NCBI GenBank assembly: GCA_017531795.1 | Contig: JAFXKH010000043.1 | Location: 38-64,037, forward strand | Length of the DNA: 64,000 nucleotides | Direction of reading: 5' to 3' | Origin: Clostridia bacterium | GTDB lineage: Bacteria > Bacillota > Clostridia > Christensenellales > Pumilibacteraceae | Part shown: one piece after another, positions 16,706 to 24,863 of the stretch | Layout: each line of letters starts with the position of its first letter | How positions within the stretch are numbered: position 1 is the stretch's first letter | The notes under the pieces: generated by a model | Databases searched by the model: none | What the model saw: the letters and a program-made list of their open reading frames with translations, nothing else | What the model was told of the DNA's origin: nothing | Program-made: the position numbers and the translations under genes

Positions 16706-17433
16706 TGGAAAGCGTAATTACTGTAAATCAATTGGGAAAAAGTTTTGGCAAGATTTGCGCTTTAAACGACGTGTCTTTTAGCATTGAAAAAGGGAAACTC
16801 GTTGGTTTGCTTGGAACGAACGGCGCTGGAAAGACTACTTTAATAAAGATATTGACCTGCTTAATCCTTCCAACCTGCGGTGATGCAAAAATATCGGGTT
16901 ACGACATTGTAAAAGAAGCGAATATTGTTAAGAGTTTAATAGGAATTTCTCCGCAAGAAACGTCGGTTGCTCCGCTCCTTAGCGTACGTGAAAATATAGA
17001 ATTCATGTGTGAAATCTACGGAATTAAAGGTGAGAAATTGAAGAATAGAACCGTTGAATTACTTTCTGATTTTTCATTAAATAGCGTTGCAGATAGATTA
17101 TCTGGCAAGCTTTCGGGTGGATATCAGCGCAGATTGTCTATTGCTATGGCTCTTGTTAACGAGCCAAAAGTTTTGTTTTTGGATGAGCCAACGCTTGGCC
17201 TCGACGTAATTTCGAGAAGAACTTTATGGCAAGACTTACGCGCGTTAAAAGGGGAAATTACTACAATTTTAACCACTCACTATTTGGAAGAGGCGGAAGC
17301 CTTGTCGGACGACATAATTATTTTGGATAACGGTAAAGTTAAGACGAAAGGCACGCCGAAAAGTATTATTGAAAGCGTGGGAGCAAATAACTTCGAAGAT
17401 GCGTTTATACGCGTCGTGGGCGGTGTATTATGA
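16705..17433 (+). CDS. ABC transporter ATP-binding protein (ABC-2/DrrA-like exporter type)
   Basis: Walker A GTNGAGKTT, signature LSGGYQRRLS, Walker B VLFLDEPT, and an H-loop TTHY. Confidence 0.9.
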   Translation: MESVITVNQLGKSFGKICALNDVSFSIEKGKLVGLLGTNGAGKTTLIKILTCLILPTCGDAKISGYDIVKEANIVKSLIGISPQETSVAPLLSVRENIEFMCEIYGIKGEKLKNRTVELLSDFSLNSVADRLSGKLSGGYQRRLSIAMALVNEPKVLFLDEPTLGLDVISRRTLWQDLRALKGEITTILTTHYLEEAEALSDDIIILDNGKVKTKGTPKSIIESVGANNFEDAFIRVVGGVL

Positions 17434-18272
17434 GAATATTTGCATTTGCAAAACGCAATTTTAAGGAATTGTTAAAAAGTCCGATAAATTACGTCTTTTC
17501 CCTTGGTTTTCCGCTTTTAATGATTATACTTTTCGCGATAATTAATCATTTTATCCAAACGTCATTTGCTGAGCAAGCGGGGAATTTATCGGGTGATGCT
17601 TTAAATGCGCTACTCGCAAACAAAACGACCACGTTTGAAATGAAAAATAACGCGCCTGCCATGGCGTTTTTCGGGTTGACTTTTATAATGCTTAATGTAA
17701 CTCTTTTGGTTGCGAAAGACAAATCTTCATCTTTTCTTTTAAGATTATACTCAACCCCTATGAAAATGACTGATTTCGTAATAGGTTACGCTCTGCCGAG
17801 TTTATTTCTTTGTATTGTTCAGCAGTTTTTATGTTACGGCGTTGCTGAGATAGTGGGTGTAATAGAAGGTACGAATTTTGGCGGGGGAACGAATACGTTT
17901 AACTTTATTTTTGCGATATTGGCTGTAATTTCGCAAATTCCTTCCATGATTATATTCGTTTCTCTTGGTATTTTATTTGGCATACTTCTTGGCGAAAAAG
18001 GCGCGCCACCCTGCGTATCTATATTTATAAATTTTGCAGGAATTTTTGGCGGTTGTTATTTTCCTCTTAATATGCTCAGCGGTCTTGCTGTTTTTGCGAA
18101 ATGTTTTCCGTTCTATCCGCAAGTATTGCTTTCTCAAACAATCCTTTCTGAGACTACATTTTCATTTGAGAATTTCTGGATTCATCTTATTGTAGTTACG
18201 GCTTACACAATCTTTGCTGTATTTGCAACCTTTTTCGCATTTTCGTATAAAATGAGAAGTGATAATAAATGA
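17430..18272 (+). CDS. ABC-2 type transporter permease
   Basis: 280 aa with about 6 TM segments. ATGA-coupled to the ATPase. Typical ABC-2 layout, with a large loop after TM1. Confidence 0.75.
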   Translation: MRIFAFAKRNFKELLKSPINYVFSLGFPLLMIILFAIINHFIQTSFAEQAGNLSGDALNALLANKTTTFEMKNNAPAMAFFGLTFIMLNVTLLVAKDKSSSFLLRLYSTPMKMTDFVIGYALPSLFLCIVQQFLCYGVAEIVGVIEGTNFGGGTNTFNFIFAILAVISQIPSMIIFVSLGILFGILLGEKGAPPCVSIFINFAGIFGGCYFPLNMLSGLAVFAKCFPFYPQVLLSQTILSETTFSFENFWIHLIVVTAYTIFAVFATFFAFSYKMRSDNK

Positions 18273-18345
18273 TATTATAATCCGTAGTATAAAATATTTT
18301 CAAACGTCAAAAATACTTCTTGAAACGACAAGGAGGATTTAATTT

Positions 18346-19638
18346 ATGCCGTTTAATCCATTTAATGAAAAACCAGAAAAAACGATTTCCTTTGAGAACT
18401 GGAAACAACTGAACTCGATTCCTTATGATAAAAATGCTACCGATGCTTATACTAAGGTCCGCATTATTCTCATGAACGGAACGGAATTTGAATCGCAGTG
18501 GTTCTTGAGGAATATGTCTCGCCACGTAACTGACAACGATCTGCGCAGAGATCTTGCCGTAGTGCGTAGACAAGAGCAACAGCAACAAAAGAAGATTTCG
18601 AGCCTGAAACCAAAAGACGAAAGTATTCTTGAACATACTATTGCTTATGAACAGCTTGCCGTTGATCTTACTGCTCTTATGGCGCAAAATGAACCTGACG
18701 ATTATGTTCGCAAGGCGTTGGACTTTGCTTTGCTTGAAGACTTTGACCATTTATATAGATACGCAGATCTTCTTGAAATGGATATGGGTATTAAAGCAGA
18801 AAAATTAGTGGGAAAATATACCGAAATTATGCCAGGTAGACCTACCGTTTCGGAGCATAGATATCCTTTGGACGATATTAAGCGCAGGATAGATAACCGC
18901 ACGGCATCACCATTGACTAAATTGCACGCGATGATTATTACTGCCGCCGAGCAACAAACAATGAACTATTATATGAATCAGGCTAATTTCTACGACTTAT
19001 CCGATTTAGGCAGAAAACTGTATAATGAAATTGCAATGATTGAAGAGCAACACGTTTCAATGTATGAATCATTGTGCGACTCATCAACGACGTGGCTTGA
19101 ATGTATGCTTATGCACGAATATACTGAGTGTTATTTGTATTATTCAATGATGCAAGACGAATGTGATGAGAGAATAAAGAAGATATGGGAAGACATACTT
19201 CGTCAAGAAATTAATCACTTGCACAACGCTGCAAGACTTCTTCGCAAATACGAAGGGAAAGAGTGGCAACAAGTAATACCCGACGGCAATTTCCCCGAAC
19301 TGATTTCTTTTTCTACTATGTCTGAGAATAATAAGAATTACGTTCGTAAAGTTCTCAAAAATACTGTCAATAATACGGCGGACAGAGAAACTTGGATTAA
19401 CGTAGATAAACTTCCAGAAACTGCTGACTTTTTCAAGTATAATAAAAAAGTAAACGGAAACGTATGCGCGGTAGCCAGTCATAAAGTAATAGATAAATTT
19501 ATTATGGAAGCGGGCGAGGACTATCGTTTTCAAGAAAAAGAGCATCCGGTAAAATGTCTTCGTTGTCGTAAAGAGGATAACGTAAACGTTGGAAGAATAA
19601 AAATGGGCAATAACTGCGGAGCATCATGCGACAAATAG
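18346..19638 (+). CDS. Ferritin-like (diiron-carboxylate four-helix-bundle) superfamily protein with Cys-rich C-terminal tail; function unknown
   Basis: 430 aa, preceded by a strong RBS (AAGGAGG). The central region carries an E...ExxH...E...ExxH pattern (AAEQQTMNYY; IEEQHVSMYE; MHEYTECYLYY; RQEINHLHNA). The N-terminal half looks like a degenerate copy. The tail is CLRCRKEDNVNVGRIKMGNNCGASCDK (CxxC...CxxxC). Confidence 0.5.
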   Translation: MPFNPFNEKPEKTISFENWKQLNSIPYDKNATDAYTKVRIILMNGTEFESQWFLRNMSRHVTDNDLRRDLAVVRRQEQQQQKKISSLKPKDESILEHTIAYEQLAVDLTALMAQNEPDDYVRKALDFALLEDFDHLYRYADLLEMDMGIKAEKLVGKYTEIMPGRPTVSEHRYPLDDIKRRIDNRTASPLTKLHAMIITAAEQQTMNYYMNQANFYDLSDLGRKLYNEIAMIEEQHVSMYESLCDSSTTWLECMLMHEYTECYLYYSMMQDECDERIKKIWEDILRQEINHLHNAARLLRKYEGKEWQQVIPDGNFPELISFSTMSENNKNYVRKVLKNTVNNTADRETWINVDKLPETADFFKYNKKVNGNVCAVASHKVIDKFIMEAGEDYRFQEKEHPVKCLRCRKEDNVNVGRIKMGNNCGASCDK

Positions 19639-19733
19639 TTAAAAAAATTAAATTCTAATTTGAAAAATATAACTTTACTTTGTTTGCATTTTATGAAAAT
19701 GATGGTATAATTATAAAACAAAAGGAAGTTATT

Positions 19734-20102
19734 ATGAACGTTATCTCAAACACTAAATTTTCATGCCAAAATATTTCTGAAATGTTCAAGAGTCAATGGT
19801 GGATATTCGTTATCGCCATGTCTTGTGTCGTTATTGGATTATTTATAATAAAGATGCTTTCAAAAGGACGATTGTTTAAAATCCGCACGATAATTAAGGT
19901 AGTTATAAATTGCGCGCTTGCTTTTGTACTTTTATTTGTTATTAATTTTTTTGGCGGATTATTTACCAAAGGCGCGTGGGCGTTTACTCCCAAGTGGTAT
20001 TCCTGGATTATTATTGGGGTGTTTGGCATAATAGGATTAATTTTCCTTATTGTATCGTGTTTCGTTTGGCCGGACGTTCTCGTGACAACCGTAGCATCAT
20101 AA
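19734..20102 (+). CDS. Small integral membrane protein, BofA-like (possible pro-sigma-K processing inhibitor)
   Basis: ATG at 19734 is preferred over TTG at 19680 (RBS AAAGGAAG at 19721-19728). About 3 TM segments. IKVVINCALAFVLLFVINFFGGLF...IIIGVFGIIGLIFLIV resembles BofA (...AVKFVAGALLLVCVNMFGGSLG...ISGILGIPGIAALVV), including the conserved Asn before FGG. Confidence 0.45.
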   Translation: MNVISNTKFSCQNISEMFKSQWWIFVIAMSCVVIGLFIIKMLSKGRLFKIRTIIKVVINCALAFVLLFVINFFGGLFTKGAWAFTPKWYSWIIIGVFGIIGLIFLIVSCFVWPDVLVTTVAS

Positions 20103-20284
20103 AACCGTGTGGGCGTGCATTTGCATGCCCATATATATTATATATTGTAAAAAATTTCATAAAAATGCCTCAATTTGCTTGCGTATATTATTTATTTATG
20201 TTAAAATCTCTCTTGTGACTTATGTGGTCCGCTGGCGTAGGATATTACGTTAAGAACGCATGATAAAGTTATAGGAGTAAAGTC

Positions 20285-20629
20285 ATGAGTAATTTAATCT
20301 CAGAAATCGAAAGAGAGTACATGAAAGAAAATGTACCGCAGTTTGAAGTCGGCGACGTCGTAAAAGTATACGTAAAGGTTGTCGAAGGAAACAGAGAGCG
20401 TCTTCAGGCGTTTGAGGGAACTGTTATCGCCCGCAAGAACGGTGGTCTCAGAGAGACCTTTATCGTTCGCCGTGTATCATTTGGTATTGGTATCGAGCGT
20501 TCTTTCCCCATTCACTCACCCCGTATTGACAAAGTAGAAGTTCTCAGAAAGGGTAAGGTACGTAGAGCTAAGCTTTACTATCTTAGAAAGCTTTCCGGTA
20601 AAGCTGCTAAATTAAAAGAAGCAAAATAA
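20285..20629 (+). CDS. rplS: 50S ribosomal protein L19
   Basis: Full-length match to the L19 pattern: [46 protein letters not shown]...[31 protein letters not shown]. Confidence 0.95.
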   Translation: MSNLISEIEREYMKENVPQFEVGDVVKVYVKVVEGNRERLQAFEGTVIARKNGGLRETFIVRRVSFGIGIERSFPIHSPRIDKVEVLRKGKVRRAKLYYLRKLSGKAAKLKEAK

Positions 20630-20635
20630 GCGCCT

Positions 20636-20662
20636 AAAAGAGTTTGAAAAACAAACTCTTTT
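20636..20662 (+). terminator. Intrinsic terminator after rplS
   Basis: AAAAGAGTTTG-AAAAA-CAAACTCTTTT hairpin with a T-rich 3' side. Confidence 0.7.
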
Positions 20663-20683
20663 CGTGCTTTATGGAGGTTTACA

Positions 20684-22231
20684 TTGTTTAACATTTTATC
20701 AGAAATTAACTCCGATACTTTTGCAATTGGATTGGTGGTAGTAATTCTTTCCGTTTTAATGACCGTTGCATTAGCCCTCGTTGCAGTATTTCTTATCGGA
20801 AAGTTCAAAAGCATAGACAACGAAAATACGGTTATGGCAGGGAAGCTTAAAACCGTATACGTAGTTGCCATTATTTTGTTCGTGGGTCTGGCAATTAGAC
20901 TTTTATTTACTTTCGTAGTAAACGGTTACGGCCAGAATTTCGAATCCGTATATAATCTTGGCAAACATGTATTAAAAGACGGAAACGGCTTTGAAGGTTT
21001 CACGTCAAATTATATAGGCGTTGCGCCTATAATGGGATATTTATATGCGTTCTTTGCAGGGATTGGCACTTCATTTAACCTTGCAATAGACGATATTGCA
21101 ATGCAACTTTTCATTAAGTTGCCGTACATTCTCGCTGATATTGCGCTTTTCATTGCAATATTCGTAATTGCGAAGAAATATTGTAACCGTTATGTTGCTC
21201 TTACCATTTCTTCCCTTTATTATCTCAGCCCGCTCTCATTTGCAGTGTCGTCTATGTGGGGAAGTGACTTCTCAGTACTTGCGCTTACTTTGGTAATTAC
21301 GTTCTATTTCATGCTTAATAAGAACGCGCTTGGTATGGCGCTCGGTAGCGCAGTATCTTGTTTGGTAAGCGCGGACGCGGTAGTTATCGTTCCCGTAGTT
21401 GGCGTTTATCTCGTATATGCGTTCGTACAATCTATAATTAAAATCATTAAGGTAAAACCTTCGTTTGATATGTTGTTTGGGGACAGTTCGCTGTATAACG
21501 TATTTTACGTTCCGCTTTCAGTCGGTATAGGCGTTGCGCTTATGTATCTTCTTTCTCTTCCTGCATATTTCCCTGACGGTGTAATTACATTCCCGTCAGT
21601 TATGGAACAGCTTCTCATTAAGCCTTATCTTTTTGTCAGCGGCGCAGATGGACTTTACTATTTCTCTCAGAACGCATTGTCGATTTATACTATTTTTGGT
21701 CAGAATTACAAAATTCTCGGTACCAATTTCCCGACGGCTTTATTTGCGGGTATGTTCGCGCTTCTTGTTGCAGTAGTTTCTCTCGTTGTCTTCCTTATGA
21801 AGAAAAACAGAGCGAATCTCGTGCTTTTGACGAGTTTCCTTCTTGCAACTCTTTCGATATTCCTTATCGGCGCAAACGAGTGGTCGCTCCTTCCTTCACT
21901 TGCTCTTATGCTCGTTGCGTTTGTAGTCATTAAGGATAAGCGCATTTTGAAGGTGTTTACAATTTTGTCAACCTTTGTCGTATTAAATGCGGTTCTCGTA
22001 ATGTTCGGCGGAAATCAGATTTCTTCCATATTTACTGAGGGTTACTTCAATGTTACGACGTCGACGGGAATATCCGTATTCAATATACTGCTTTCCGTAT
22101 TTACAGTGCTTACCTATATTTACTTTGCAGTAGTGGTACTTGATATTTCACTCACGAAGAACAGAAAACTGCTTGACGTAAAACCCACCGCTTCGTTTGG
22201 CGAAGTAATGAAAAATTGGATAAGAGGATAA
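20684..22231 (+). CDS. Polytopic membrane protein, GT-C-fold glycosyltransferase-like (DUF2029/PIG-V/PMT-like)
   Basis: 515 aa with 12 or more TM segments. TTG start after GGAGG. The first-loop region (NGYGQNFESVY...SNYIGVAPIMGYLYAFF) and IKLPYILADIALFIAIFVIAKK resemble GT-C mannosyltransferase-type proteins. The assignment is tentative. Confidence 0.45.
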   Translation: MFNILSEINSDTFAIGLVVVILSVLMTVALALVAVFLIGKFKSIDNENTVMAGKLKTVYVVAIILFVGLAIRLLFTFVVNGYGQNFESVYNLGKHVLKDGNGFEGFTSNYIGVAPIMGYLYAFFAGIGTSFNLAIDDIAMQLFIKLPYILADIALFIAIFVIAKKYCNRYVALTISSLYYLSPLSFAVSSMWGSDFSVLALTLVITFYFMLNKNALGMALGSAVSCLVSADAVVIVPVVGVYLVYAFVQSIIKIIKVKPSFDMLFGDSSLYNVFYVPLSVGIGVALMYLLSLPAYFPDGVITFPSVMEQLLIKPYLFVSGADGLYYFSQNALSIYTIFGQNYKILGTNFPTALFAGMFALLVAVVSLVVFLMKKNRANLVLLTSFLLATLSIFLIGANEWSLLPSLALMLVAFVVIKDKRILKVFTILSTFVVLNAVLVMFGGNQISSIFTEGYFNVTTSTGISVFNILLSVFTVLTYIYFAVVVLDISLTKNRKLLDVKPTASFGEVMKNWIRG

Positions 22232-22257
22232 ACTAGATAATATTAATGAGGTAAGGT

Positions 22258-23790
22258 ATGCTTTCGAAAATCAACAGTTTTGGGCTTCAAGGAATAGATG
22301 GTTATTCAGTTTCAGTAGAAATTGATATAAACAACGGTTTGCCCGGAATGGATATCGTCGGCTTGCCTGATACCGCCACGAAAGAATCAAAAGAGCGGGT
22401 AAGAAGCGCGCTTAAAAACAGCGGATTTCGTCTTTCTCCCAAGAGAATTACAATAAATCTTGCCCCTGCGGATACAAAAAAAGAAGGTTCATTTTACGAT
22501 TTACCGATTGCTCTCGGCATACTTAACGCAACCGAACAACTTATTTCAGACAAATTAAGTGATACGGTTTTCGTGGGTGAATTGTCACTTAACGGTGACA
22601 TTGGAAGGATCAACGGTATTTTGCCTATGATAATAGCGGCAAAAGAACTTGGCTTAAAACGTATTGTAATTCCAAAAGCAAATGAAAATGAAGCCGCTTA
22701 CGTAAGCGGAATTACAACTTACGCATTTTCGACTCTTCGTGAGACGGTATCCTTTTTGACAGATGAAATAACTGCAGAGCCGATTACCGTCAAAGACGCG
22801 TATTCGGCTTTTTGCAATTTTTCGCATAAAGAAGATTTAAAATACGTAAAAGGTCAACTCAGCGCGCGTAGAGCGTTGGAAATAGCTGCTGCCGGCGGTC
22901 ATAATATTCTTATGATAGGTCCTCCTGGCGGTGGTAAAACAATGCTTGCAAAGTGTTTGCCGAGTATTCTACCCGATTTATCTGCTTCCGAAGCGCTTGA
23001 AACCACGAAAATTCATAGCGTAGCGGGTGTATTGGGCGCAGAGCAAGGTATAGTAAGCGCGAGACCTTTCCGTTCTCCGCACCATACGGCTTCGCGTGTT
23101 GCATTAACGGGTGGTGGATCTTCCGCAAAACCCGGAGAAATTTCGCTTGCTCATAACGGCGTTCTCTTTTTAGATGAACTTCCCGAATACAACAGAGCAA
23201 CATTGGAAATACTTCGTCAACCATTGGAAGACGGTAAAGTAGTTGTTTCCCGCGCGGCGCGAACGGTGGAATATCCTGCAAGATTTATGCTTATTGCAAG
23301 TATGAACCCTTGTCCGTGCGGAAATCTCGGTTCTGAAACTACCGACTGTTCTTGTACTCCGGCGCAAGTATCAAAGTATTTGTCAAAAATTTCAGGGCCA
23401 CTTCTTGATAGAATCGATATACACATAGAAGTGGGTGGCGTTTCTTACGATGAACTTTCTTCAAACGATTTCGGTGAGGCTTCAGACGTTGTAAGACAGC
23501 GTGTTAATGATGCTCGTAAACTTCAGTTGTCACGCTTTGACGGTTCAGGCAGTTATTGTAACGCTCAAATGAATAATTCACAACTAAGTGAGCATTGTAA
23601 AATAGATTCATCAAGCGAAACACTTCTTCGGACTGCATTTAAGCGTCTTGGTTTATCTGCAAGAGCGTATACGAGAATTCTTAAAGTAGCGCGTACTATT
23701 GCTGATCTTGACAATAGTGAACGAATTGAGAAAAAACATATTGCAGAAGCAATTCAATACAGAAGTCTTGATAGGAGCTATTGGCAATGA
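22258..23790 (+). CDS. comM: YifB/ComM family Mg-chelatase-like AAA+ ATPase
   Basis: N-terminal Lon-protease-like domain (GLPDTATKESKERV...LAPADTKKEGSFYDLPIALGIL), Walker A GPPGGGKTM, Walker B VLFLDELPE, and a C-terminal RILKVARTIADLD. Confidence 0.9.
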   Translation: MLSKINSFGLQGIDGYSVSVEIDINNGLPGMDIVGLPDTATKESKERVRSALKNSGFRLSPKRITINLAPADTKKEGSFYDLPIALGILNATEQLISDKLSDTVFVGELSLNGDIGRINGILPMIIAAKELGLKRIVIPKANENEAAYVSGITTYAFSTLRETVSFLTDEITAEPITVKDAYSAFCNFSHKEDLKYVKGQLSARRALEIAAAGGHNILMIGPPGGGKTMLAKCLPSILPDLSASEALETTKIHSVAGVLGAEQGIVSARPFRSPHHTASRVALTGGGSSAKPGEISLAHNGVLFLDELPEYNRATLEILRQPLEDGKVVVSRAARTVEYPARFMLIASMNPCPCGNLGSETTDCSCTPAQVSKYLSKISGPLLDRIDIHIEVGGVSYDELSSNDFGEASDVVRQRVNDARKLQLSRFDGSGSYCNAQMNNSQLSEHCKIDSSSETLLRTAFKRLGLSARAYTRILKVARTIADLDNSERIEKKHIAEAIQYRSLDRSYWQ

Positions 23791-24854
23791 CGGACGAAAG
23801 AAAAGCGTTATATTGGCTTCCTTCAAGCGGAATTACCGCAGAAAAACAGAATAAACTTCTTGAAATTTTTGGCTCTGCAATAGAAATTCATAAAAACGTT
23901 TTTTCAGATCTTGTAAAAGAATACGTAGGAAAGCCTTATGCGGAACTTTCCGCTATGACGGAAAATGCAATAGACACCGAACTTAAAAAACTCAAAGCCG
24001 ACGGTATCAGATTGCTTTTGAAAGGTTATGACGGTTATCCTAAACAACTCGATCAGTTTGAAGTAGTTCCTCCTCCTGTGCTTTACGCAAAAGGCAACGT
24101 CGAATTATTAAATAAACCTTCAATTTGTATTGTCGGAACTCGCAAAAGTACCGATTACGGCAAAAAAGTTGCGACTCAATGGTCGGCGGAGTTATGTGAA
24201 AAGTTTGTTATCGTCAGCGGTCATGCTACGGGAATAGACACCTACGCGGTTAAGAGTTGCTTGGATAATGGCGGTTCGGCAATAATCGTACTTGCGTGCG
24301 GATTTGAAAAGTTTGATTTTCCGACATACTTGAGAGATGTGGATAAAGAAAGACTGCTCTTTATTACTGAATATCCTATGCATATGCGCGTCGCAAAATT
24401 TTCTTATCAAGAGCGTAATCGTTTATTGAGTGGGCTTGCGCAAGCGGTAATCGTTGTAGAAGCGCCCGAAAAAAGTGGCGCTCTCATTACGGTTGATCGC
24501 GCAGTACAACAGAATAGACAAGTGTTCGTAGTCCCTGGAAGCGTTTTTTCGGATAGAAGCAAGGGAACGAATAAACTTATTCGAGACGGAGCGACGATCG
24601 CCACTTGCGCCACCGACGTATTTGAGGACTTAAACGTTATAGTTGAAAAGAAAATAACCGAAAAATTTATTCCAAAACTTTCTACGGAAGAGCGCGCGGT
24701 TTACGATTTTCTTGTAAAAGGTACAAGACATTTTGATGAGATTGTTACTGCGCTGAATTTATCACCAATGGAAACCTCTGCTATACTTTCTCTGATGGAA
24801 ATAGAGGGTATAATAGAAAAGAAACCACAAAATTATTTTGCATTATCAATATAG
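23787..24854 (+). CDS. dprA: DNA-processing protein DprA (Smf)
   Basis: Rossmann core: IVGTRKSTDYGKKVA...SGHATGIDTYA...ERNRLLSGLAQAVIVVEAPEKSGALIT. ATG at 23787 (ATGA overlap with the comM stop) is preferred over TTG at 23781. Confidence 0.85.
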   Translation: MTDERKALYWLPSSGITAEKQNKLLEIFGSAIEIHKNVFSDLVKEYVGKPYAELSAMTENAIDTELKKLKADGIRLLLKGYDGYPKQLDQFEVVPPPVLYAKGNVELLNKPSICIVGTRKSTDYGKKVATQWSAELCEKFVIVSGHATGIDTYAVKSCLDNGGSAIIVLACGFEKFDFPTYLRDVDKERLLFITEYPMHMRVAKFSYQERNRLLSGLAQAVIVVEAPEKSGALITVDRAVQQNRQVFVVPGSVFSDRSKGTNKLIRDGATIATCATDVFEDLNVIVEKKITEKFIPKLSTEERAVYDFLVKGTRHFDEIVTALNLSPMETSAILSLMEIEGIIEKKPQNYFALSI

Positions 24855-24863
24855 AGGTAAAAA

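Noticed and set aside
18307-18750. 147-aa minus-strand ORF overlapping the start of the ferritin-like gene.
   Set aside because: It is antisense to a well-supported CDS that has a strong RBS. Its composition is typical of a reverse-frame translation (runs of L, K and F). It has no start context.
20103-20284. Possible L19 ribosomal-protein leader RNA, or a small ncRNA, in the 182-nt gap before rplS.
   Set aside because: Only short 4-bp stems (GCGT...ACGC, CGTA...TACG) and an imperfect hairpin after the BofA-like gene are visible. I cannot match a known leader consensus from memory. It remains unsupported without a covariance-model search.
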